A stretch of DNA of 62,763 bases, counting the filler. It is 6 parts of 6 records of this genome, joined end to end, with 100 filler letters (N's around TTAATTAATTAA, not from the genome) between each part and the next. Parts side by side here need not be neighbours in the genome. Positions count along the whole stretch, not along the records: positions 48,474 to 62,763 come from SRR20825010_5323; 5 more parts are not named here. One strand, given 5' to 3'. Shown piece after piece: positions 55,494-62,763 of the stretch; within the stretch, counting starts at the first letter, position 1; each line of letters begins with the position of its first letter. The notes under the pieces are model-generated. The model ran no database searches. It was not told the DNA's origin and worked only from the letters and a program-made list of their open reading frames with translations. Position numbers and translations under genes: made by a program.

Positions 55494-58400
55494 ATGGCGA
55501 GCTTATCAAGTGTAAGTATCAACCGGCCTGTATTGGCCATTGTGATGTCACTAGTCATCATGCTTTTTGGAGCTATTGGGATTTCCCTTTTAGGAATCCG
55601 GGAGTTTCCAAGTGTGGATCCACCAGTTATCAATGTAAGGACAACCTACGTTGGAGCTAATGCTGATGTCATTGAAGCACAAATAACAGAGCCTCTGGAA
55701 GAGGCCATTAATGGGATTCAAGGGATCAAATCCCTGACTTCGACGAGTAACGATGGCGGAAGTAGTATCACCGTTGAATTTGATGTGGGAGCTGATTTGG
55801 AAGCTGCTGCGAATGATGTGCGGGATAAAGTTTCTGGGGCACAACGAAATCTTCCCCCTGATGCGGAACCTCCTGTAGTTTCCAAGGCTGATGCGGATTC
55901 TGAGCCTATTGTGTTCTTAAATGTAAAGAGTGACGAGAGAAGCCTTTTGGATCTCTCAGATATTGCAGAGAATATTTTCAAAGAAAGACTTCAAACTATC
56001 CCAGGAGTAAGTAGGGTACAGATCTGGGGTGAAAAAGAGTATGCGATCCGATTAAGAATGGATCCGCTTAAAATGGCGTCTTACGGAGTCACTCCGCTAG
56101 ATATACTTTCGAAAGTACAAAGTGAAAATGTAGAATTGCCTTCCGGAAAAATAGAAGGTGAGACCATTGAACTGTCTGTCCGAACTAAAAGCAGATTGAG
56201 TTCTCCACAGGAATTTAATGATCTGATTATTAAAGAAGATCAGAATAATATAGTTCGTTTTCAGGATGTGGGTAGTGCTGAATTAGCAGCGCTAAATGAG
56301 CGTAGTATCTTAAAACGGGATGGCGTGCCCATGGTAGGGGTTGTGCTTGTTCCTTTGCCCGGTTCAAATAGTATTGAGATTGCAGATGAATTTTACAGAA
56401 GATTAGAATTTATCGAAAAGGACTTACCGGATGATGTAGGCTTGGAGATTGGTTTTGATAAGACGAAATTCATTAGGAACTCAATTTCAGAAGTTCAAGA
56501 AACTATTATCGTCGCCTTTATTTTGGTTGTAGCCATTATCTTCCTTTTCCTTCGGGATTGGAGGACTACCTTCATTCCAGTATTGACGATTCCAATTTCT
56601 CTGGTCGGGGTATTTTTTATTATGTATTTGATGGATTTCTCCATCAACGTTCTGACGCTTTTAGGTATTGTTCTCTCTATTGGACTCGTCGTCGATGACG
56701 CGATTGTTGTGTTGGAGAATATTTACTCTCGAATCGAAAAAGGAGAAGAACCTCAAAAAGCAGCTGAGCAGGGATCTGAGGAGATTTTCTTTGCTGTCAT
56801 TGCCACTACTGTAGCTTTGGCTGCAGTATTTTTACCAGTTATATTTTTGACAGGAACTACTGGTCGACTTTTCCGTGAATTCGGGATTGTGGTAGCCGGA
56901 GCTGTAATCATTTCTTCTTTTGTGGCATTGACTATGACTCCGATGCTGAGTTCCAAGTTGTTGAAACGAAGAGAAAAGCACAATAAATTCTACACATTCA
57001 CCGAGCCAGGCTTTGTTTGGATTAACGATAAGTACGATTCCGCTCTATCATGGTTTATGCAATTCCGATGGGTATCATTCCTATTGGTAGGATGTATGGG
57101 TTTTGGGATCTACTGGCTGTTTCAAGAAATCCCTACAGAACTTGCGCCTACCGAGGACAGAGGAGAAATAGTAATACGAATGAGTGGCCCAGAGGGCGCT
57201 ACGTTCAGCTACATGGATCAGGTGATAGATCAAATGGTGGCAGATTTTAGAAGTGATTATCCGAAAGAAGAAGTAAGCGGAATGGTATCCGTGACCTCGC
57301 CAGGTTTTGGTTCCTCTAGCACAAATTCCGGTTTTGTCAGATTTATCCTTACAGATGCTTCAAATAGAGAAAAGACCCAAGGAGCATATTTCAACGAGAT
57401 CAATGAGAAACTTAAAAGTTATACTGGAGTAAAGGCTTTTGCTTCCCAAGCTCAATCCATAGGAAATAGCCGTGGAGGTCTCCCAGTTCAATATGTATTG
57501 CAGGCACCTACTTTGGATAAGTTGAAGGAAGTGATTCCTACTTTCATGTCAGAGGTCGGTAAGAGCCCAATATTTATTTTCTCGGATATTAATTTGAAGT
57601 TTACTAAGCCAGAACTAGAAATTGAGATAGATAGAGCAAAAGCTAGAAACATTGGTGTATCTATTCAGGAAATAGCCAGAACACTACAACTGTCGTATTC
57701 GGGACAGCGTTTTGCTTATTTCATCAAGAATGGTAAGCAATACCAAGTCGTTGGTGAAATGAGGCTGGAGGATAGAAATGAGCCTGTAAATCTTCGGATG
57801 CTCTACGTACGTGCTGAAAATGGATCATTGGTTCAGCTAGACAATTTGGTCACTGTTACAGAAAAAAGTACTCCGCCACAGTTGTATAGATTCAACCGAT
57901 TCGTAGCCGGTACAGTATCAGCCAACCTTGCTGAAGGATATACGATTGGGGATGGTTTGGAAGAAATGGACAGGATCGCTGCCGAAGTGTTGGATGATTC
58001 ATTTACTACTGATGTTTCAGGTCCTTCTAAGGAATTTAGAGAAAGCTCAAACAGTTTGCTATTCGCATTCATTTTCGCTTTGGTATTGATTTACCTAGTG
58101 CTTTCTGCACAATTTGAAAGTTTCTTGGATCCACTTACCATCATGTTTACTGTTCCATTAGCACTCTTTGGTGCATTATTTACACTTTGGTTTTTTGGGT
58201 TTACACTGAACATCTTCAGCCAAATTGGAATAATCATGCTTATAGGATTAGTGACCAAAAACGGTATTCTTATAGTGGAGTTTGCCAACCAGCGAAAAGC
58301 TACAGGAATGTCAGTTCATGAAGCAATTTTTGGAGCGGCAGTAGCCAGATTCAGACCGATCTTGATGACCAGTTTATCTACTATCTTGGGTATTATGCCT

Positions 58401-58556
58401 ATCGCACTTGGTTTAGGAGCTGGAGCGGAAAGCCGTGTTCCTATGGGGGCTGCGGTAATTGGAGGCCTAACATTTGCCACAGTTTTGACACTTTTCGTGA
58501 TCCCAGCTATTTATACTTATCTCACTTCCAAAGAAGGAAGATTAGCCAGAATTTGA
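55494..58556 (+). CDS. RND efflux permease (AcrB family)
   Basis: INRPV, IGLVVDDAIVVLENI, KNGILIVEFAN, RFRPILMTS. Confidence 0.96.
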   Translation: MASLSSVSINRPVLAIVMSLVIMLFGAIGISLLGIREFPSVDPPVINVRTTYVGANADVIEAQITEPLEEAINGIQGIKSLTSTSNDGGSSITVEFDVGADLEAAANDVRDKVSGAQRNLPPDAEPPVVSKADADSEPIVFLNVKSDERSLLDLSDIAENIFKERLQTIPGVSRVQIWGEKEYAIRLRMDPLKMASYGVTPLDILSKVQSENVELPSGKIEGETIELSVRTKSRLSSPQEFNDLIIKEDQNNIVRFQDVGSAELAALNERSILKRDGVPMVGVVLVPLPGSNSIEIADEFYRRLEFIEKDLPDDVGLEIGFDKTKFIRNSISEVQETIIVAFILVVAIIFLFLRDWRTTFIPVLTIPISLVGVFFIMYLMDFSINVLTLLGIVLSIGLVVDDAIVVLENIYSRIEKGEEPQKAAEQGSEEIFFAVIATTVALAAVFLPVIFLTGTTGRLFREFGIVVAGAVIISSFVALTMTPMLSSKLLKRREKHNKFYTFTEPGFVWINDKYDSALSWFMQFRWVSFLLVGCMGFGIYWLFQEIPTELAPTEDRGEIVIRMSGPEGATFSYMDQVIDQMVADFRSDYPKEEVSGMVSVTSPGFGSSSTNSGFVRFILTDASNREKTQGAYFNEINEKLKSYTGVKAFASQAQSIGNSRGGLPVQYVLQAPTLDKLKEVIPTFMSEVGKSPIFIFSDINLKFTKPELEIEIDRAKARNIGVSIQEIARTLQLSYSGQRFAYFIKNGKQYQVVGEMRLEDRNEPVNLRMLYVRAENGSLVQLDNLVTVTEKSTPPQLYRFNRFVAGTVSANLAEGYTIGDGLEEMDRIAAEVLDDSFTTDVSGPSKEFRESSNSLLFAFIFALVLIYLVLSAQFESFLDPLTIMFTVPLALFGALFTLWFFGFTLNIFSQIGIIMLIGLVTKNGILIVEFANQRKATGMSVHEAIFGAAVARFRPILMTSLSTILGIMPIALGLGAGAESRVPMGAAVIGGLTFATVLTLFVIPAIYTYLTSKEGRLARI

Positions 58557-59902
58557 TGAAAAAACTAAGCCTATTGCTCTTATTGAGTGTCATTGGAACA
58601 AGCCTATATGCTCAAAATAATGAATCTCTGGATTTGGAGAGAGCGATTACTATTGGGTTGGAGAAAAATCTGGATGTAAAAATTGCTGTAGAAACAGTAG
58701 CTATTCAAGAAGGCAATAAGCGCATTGGTGCTGGTGACTATTTGTTGCCTAGCTTAAATGCTGCCTATACCAGAAGCTATAGCAATGAGGATGTGGAACA
58801 AGTTTTTGCTACAGATCCTAATCCCAGAACTATCGATAACGCAAAATCCAGATCCAAAAATTTCAGTTTGGCAGCTATTTATGGGTTCCGACCAGAAAGC
58901 TTTGTAGTTATGGAGCGATTCGGTGTGTTGACTGAAATCTCTGAGTTGGATGCAAAAATTGCAGTGGAGAATACCGTCGCCAATATTTCCTCAGCTTATT
59001 ATAGACTGGTTTTGGAGCTTCAGCGTCAGGAAGTTTTGCAGCGTACACTAGAACTTAGCCAGTCTAGATTAGATATCGCTGAAGCGCAATATTCTCTTGG
59101 CGGTGCTGGGAAGCGTGATTTTCTTACAGCAGAAGTAGATTATAATTCTGATTTGAGTTTGCTGCTAGGCCAGGAACAAGTGATTCAAAATGCGCGGATT
59201 AACCTGAATGAACTGATGGCTTTGAATCCAGATCAGCAATTTGTTGTTAAGGATACAATTCTTATTGGAGAGCCTTTATTGCTTCAAGACTTAGTAGAGA
59301 ATGCTTTTTTGGAGAATAAAACCTACTTAATTACTCAGCGTCAAGAGAATGTAGCTTTTCTTCAGATGAAGGAGCTGCGTGCTTCTAGGTTGCCAGTCAT
59401 TAACTTGAATGCCAATTATGCAAACAATACATCCAATTCAGATGCAGGGATTTTGATTCAGAACCAGCGTTCTGGATTTAATTATGGAGGTAATATCCAG
59501 TTGAATGTATTTAATGGATTTACGTTGAACAGAAGGATTCAAAATGCCAAAGTGCAACAGAAAATCCGGTCTTACGCGGTAGATCAGTATGAGATCCAGT
59601 TGCGTTCTGATATTCACAGGTCTTTTAATACCTATACCACTAATCGTAATCTGTTAGAAGTGGAGCAAAAGAATTATGCGGTAGCGAAAGAAAGCTCTGA
59701 AATTGCCTTGGAGCGATTCAGATTGGGTATCTCTTCTTACCTAGAATTCAGGGATGCTCAGGTGAATTTACTGACAGCGGAAAACAGATTAATCACATCT
59801 ATTTATAATATAAAGGAACAAGAAATCGAGTTGAGAAGGCTTTCTGGAAAGATTTTCTTTCAAAATAGCTTCGAAGATTTTGAGTTGACTTCAGAAGATT
59901 AG
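58556..59902 (+). CDS. TolC-family outer membrane protein
   Basis: Signal peptide, OEP repeats, ERFRLGISSYLEFRDAQ; TGATG overlap with the RND stop. Confidence 0.92.
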   Translation: MKKLSLLLLLSVIGTSLYAQNNESLDLERAITIGLEKNLDVKIAVETVAIQEGNKRIGAGDYLLPSLNAAYTRSYSNEDVEQVFATDPNPRTIDNAKSRSKNFSLAAIYGFRPESFVVMERFGVLTEISELDAKIAVENTVANISSAYYRLVLELQRQEVLQRTLELSQSRLDIAEAQYSLGGAGKRDFLTAEVDYNSDLSLLLGQEQVIQNARINLNELMALNPDQQFVVKDTILIGEPLLLQDLVENAFLENKTYLITQRQENVAFLQMKELRASRLPVINLNANYANNTSNSDAGILIQNQRSGFNYGGNIQLNVFNGFTLNRRIQNAKVQQKIRSYAVDQYEIQLRSDIHRSFNTYTTNRNLLEVEQKNYAVAKESSEIALERFRLGISSYLEFRDAQVNLLTAENRLITSIYNIKEQEIELRRLSGKIFFQNSFEDFELTSED

Positions 59903-59907
59903 TTACG

Positions 59908-59941
59908 AAACGAAGGCCTCACCAATAGCCTTCGTTTTTTT
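59908..59941 (+). terminator. Intrinsic terminator
   Basis: AAACGAAGGC/GCCTTCGTTT stem plus T-tract. Confidence 0.8.
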
Positions 59942-59976
59942 ATTTGCTTTTTTTAACGAATGCTTTATTTTTATTT

Positions 59977-59991
59977 TGGCACAGCATTTGC
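59977..59991 (+). promoter_or_regulatory. Putative sigma-54 (-24/-12) promoter of mltF
   Basis: TGGCAC-AGCAT-TTGC, ending 45 nt before the ATG. Confidence 0.6.
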
Positions 59992-60036
59992 CAAATGGGC
60001 TTTCGTGTAACATCCAGAGTCTTATGGCTCTAGTGA

Positions 60037-61431
60037 ATGAAAAAATCATTAATTCTCTTTTTCTCCATATTGACTCTTCTTCTCTTTGGTGTGCAATGCA
60101 CCTTTATAGAGAAGAACTTTGGCTCCAAATTCAAGGAGGAAGTCTATATACTTGACCTCGCAGGAATCCAAAATCGAGGATTTATCCGAGCTGCTGTGGA
60201 TAATAATTCCACAGGTTATTATATCTATCGCGGACGAAGAATGGGCTATGAATATGAGCTACTTCGTGACCTTGCCAAGAGACTGAATGTTCAGTTGCAT
60301 TTGGTTATGGTTGCAGATATAGACAAAGCTTTTGACTACCTACAAGAAGGCAAGGTCGATTTGATTGCCATGAATCTTGAAAAGAATATGGAACGGTCTG
60401 AAAAGGCTTCTTTTTCTATTCCTTTAGGGAAAATGAACACGGTTCTCGTCGGAAATGAATCCTCTGGCAAAATCACTGCATGGGATCAATTGGCTTCTGA
60501 TACGATATATGTCAGAGAAGGCGCTGTATATAAGAGCCAGCTCTGTGCTCTGAAAGATTCTCTTCTATTGAAGTACACGATTGTGACTACTCCTGATCAT
60601 GAGGAAACACTGATTGATCAAGTGGCTGATGGAACAATCAAGTGGACTATTGCTGATCAGAATATCGCGCAGGCAAATGCTACCTACTACGATGGGTTGG
60701 ATATATCATGGAAAGTTCAGAAAGAAGGAGATGTATCTTGGGTAGTTCGGGAGAATTCTCCAAAACTATTGACTGCTCTGGATGATTGGCTCGAGGATAA
60801 GCAGAAGAGATTTATACCTGATCTTTACGCTAAGTATTTCCTGAATTCTAAAAATAGTTATTTCAGAAGTAATAGCCCTTTTTCATCTCTAGCAGGAAAT
60901 CAGATTTCTGTCTATGATGATATGATTAAAAATGGAGCAGAACAGCTAGGCTGGGATTGGCGCTTGTTGGCTTCACTTGTTTACAAGGAATCTCGTTTCG
61001 ATACGGTTGCTACTTCATATGCTGGCGCAAAAGGTTTGCTTCAACTCATGCCAGTGACCTTAGAACGCTTTGGTGTGGATAATCCTAATGATCCGCAGCA
61101 GTCCTTAATGGGAGGCGTTAGGTACTTAAGGTATTTGGATAAGTTCTGGATGGAAAGAGTGCCAGACACCAGTGAGCGTCTCAAATTTATTTTAGCCTCT
61201 TATAATATTGGTCATGGGCATGTAGAAGATGCTTGGAGATTGACCATGAAATTTGGTGAAAACACGCAGACTTGGGCAGATGTCTCCAAATTCTTAGAGT
61301 TAAAAAGTGATCCCGACTATTACCGGGATCCTATTGTCAAGAGTGGCTTTGCCAAAGGACATTTAGCTGTGAACTACGTCAAGGATGTAATGTCCGTCTT
61401 CGAGTCCTACAAGGCCCTCGTAGAGCCTTAA
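60037..61431 (+). CDS. mltF: MltF-like lytic transglycosylase (SBP + SLT domains)
   Basis: GYEYELL, WDWRLLASLVYKES.F, GAKGLLQLMP, LASYN.G.GHV.DA. Confidence 0.88.
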   Translation: MKKSLILFFSILTLLLFGVQCTFIEKNFGSKFKEEVYILDLAGIQNRGFIRAAVDNNSTGYYIYRGRRMGYEYELLRDLAKRLNVQLHLVMVADIDKAFDYLQEGKVDLIAMNLEKNMERSEKASFSIPLGKMNTVLVGNESSGKITAWDQLASDTIYVREGAVYKSQLCALKDSLLLKYTIVTTPDHEETLIDQVADGTIKWTIADQNIAQANATYYDGLDISWKVQKEGDVSWVVRENSPKLLTALDDWLEDKQKRFIPDLYAKYFLNSKNSYFRSNSPFSSLAGNQISVYDDMIKNGAEQLGWDWRLLASLVYKESRFDTVATSYAGAKGLLQLMPVTLERFGVDNPNDPQQSLMGGVRYLRYLDKFWMERVPDTSERLKFILASYNIGHGHVEDAWRLTMKFGENTQTWADVSKFLELKSDPDYYRDPIVKSGFAKGHLAVNYVKDVMSVFESYKALVEP

Positions 61432-61514
61432 GTTCCTTATTCAACTAATTGTAATCTTCATGGTCTGTCTCTCACAGACCATTTTTTTTTATCCTACAAA
61501 GCACTCGTGCGGTA

Positions 61515-61988
61515 TCAAGCTCCTTCGTGAAGCTCAAACATTGCTTCTACTTCCACAGGTATATTGTCTGGCAATGTTCCCATTCCGACAGCTGATCGTA
61601 CGCCAATTCCATATTCTTCTCCCCAGACCTGAGCGAAAAGCTCACTACATCCATTGATGATATAAGGATGGCGCTCGAATGTAGAGACGCAGTTCACCAT
61701 TCCTAAGACTTTGATCACTCGCTTCACTCGATTGAGAGAGCCAAGGTTAGCTTTGATGGTTGAGAGCATTGCAAGCCCAACTTGTCTTGCCGCCAGTTTT
61801 CCGGCTTCTATATCAAGTTCTTCTCCAATTCTTCCGATGATTAAGCTGCCATCATCTTGGACAGTACCATGGCCTGAGAGATACAAGTATTTTCCGTCAA
61901 TCAAGCAAGGTTTGTAAACGCCAAGTGGCTTTGGAGCTGGAGGAAGATTGAGACCAAGTTTGGTGAAATTGCTTTCTGGAGTTTCCAT
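61515..61988 (-). CDS. RidA/YjgF superfamily protein
   Basis: LPPAP.PLGVY, KVLGMVN, INGCS, RSAVG..LP.NIPVEVE. Confidence 0.9.
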   Translation of the reverse strand: METPESNFTKLGLNLPPAPKPLGVYKPCLIDGKYLYLSGHGTVQDDGSLIIGRIGEELDIEAGKLAARQVGLAMLSTIKANLGSLNRVKRVIKVLGMVNCVSTFERHPYIINGCSELFAQVWGEEYGIGVRSAVGMGTLPDNIPVEVEAMFELHEGA

Positions 61989-62012
61989 TTGGGTGATTTT
62001 TTGTAATTAAAA

Positions 62013-62762
62013 TTAGACGAAAATATCAAGGATTAGCACGCCTGCTAATCCGGCTACGGCAACGATAGTTTCCATCAGAGACCAGGATTTGATGGTGTCT
62101 TTGATGCTTACGTTGAAGAATTCCTTGTACATCCAGAATCCGGCATCGTTGAAATGCGAGAACATCAAGCTTCCTGCACCGATGGATAATACCAAAAGGT
62201 TGGGATCTACATTCATCGTAGTCACTAAAGGGGCAATTATCCCGGCGGTTGTCAAGCCAGCTACAGTCGCAGAGCCCACACAAACTCGAATAATGGCAGT
62301 AATAATCCAGGCCAAGATCAGTGGGTGAATGTCCCAAGTTTGAAGTCCTTCGGCGATCACCAAGCTAACTCCGGTGTCAGTGAAGATTTGCTTCAAAGCT
62401 CCAGCCCCAGCAACGATCAATAGAATCATTGCGATGTCTTTGGTCGCGACCGTGTATAGATCCATGATTTGCTTCATGTTGAAACCACGATTTAAACCCA
62501 GCGTGTAGGTCGCTATAAGTACGGATACCAACATCACAATTCCTGGATCTGCTACAAAGGCAATGATCGGAGCTAAGCTGCTTTCCGGAGAAATATTTAG
62601 ATTCAAAGCTGTAGTGCCCACTAGGAGAAACACAGGAAGTAGTGCGGTGAAAAAGCTATTTGAAGCAGAAGGAAGCTCAGATTCAGGTTTTGTTTCTGCC
62701 TGGAAGGTCTTTAGAGGTTCAGCTTTCATATTCTTCAGAGTTCTCGCGAATAGAGGTCCTGC
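62013..62762 (-). CDS. GntP-family gluconate:H+ symporter (5'-truncated)
   Basis: IRVCVGSATVA, GAGSLMFSHFNDAGFW; frame stays open to the window edge. Confidence 0.92.
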   Translation of the reverse strand, partial: AGPLFARTLKNMKAEPLKTFQAETKPESELPSASNSFFTALLPVFLLVGTTALNLNISPESSLAPIIAFVADPGIVMLVSVLIATYTLGLNRGFNMKQIMDLYTVATKDIAMILLIVAGAGALKQIFTDTGVSLVIAEGLQTWDIHPLILAWIITAIIRVCVGSATVAGLTTAGIIAPLVTTMNVDPNLLVLSIGAGSLMFSHFNDAGFWMYKEFFNVSIKDTIKSWSLMETIVAVAGLAGVLILDIFV

Positions 62763-62763
62763 A

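Overview
This window is not one locus. It is six unrelated contigs joined by five identical 100-nt artificial linkers (44 N + TTAATTAATTAA + 44 N). Taxonomic labels below are inferred from protein style and gene order. (1) 1-29829, a marine alphaproteobacterium (Kordiimonas-like): uvrD, prmA, ligA-recN-bamD, ilvE and MarR, beta-carbonic anhydrase with a MazG-like gene, petABC, trmL, hemF, a glycosyltransferase, cca, nudL, a GNAT, an OprO/P porin, an MCP, PRC-barrel and Pmp3 proteins, and the 3' end of groEL. (2) 29930-34013, Rhodobacteraceae: regA-senC-regB, a divL-like PAS gene and tsaE. (3) 34114-38575, Bacteroidota (Algoriphagus-like): nnr, an MFS transporter, asnS and rpoN. (4) 38676-44295, a planctomycete (Gimesia-like): an M28 peptidase and an acyl-CoA ligase-thiolase-dehydrogenase-SDR operon. 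(5) 44396-48373, an alphaproteobacterium: RND-MFP-YgaP divergent from a SqrR/BigR-like repressor. (6) 48474-62763, Bacteroidota: YhhN, an Oar-like TonB receptor, a hydrolase-RND-TolC operon, mltF, Rid and GntP. I saw no rRNA, tRNA, CRISPR array or IS element. The best leads are an unannotated Arg/His-rich, rare-codon leader peptide upstream of the GNAT gene, a cytochrome b whose Qi-site His is replaced by Lys, a large insertion in LigA, a probable CTG start plus a perfect CtrA box for the divL-like gene, a plant AAE17/18-like CoA ligase operon in the planctomycete, a SqrR box controlling the RND module, and a sigma-54 promoter before mltF.
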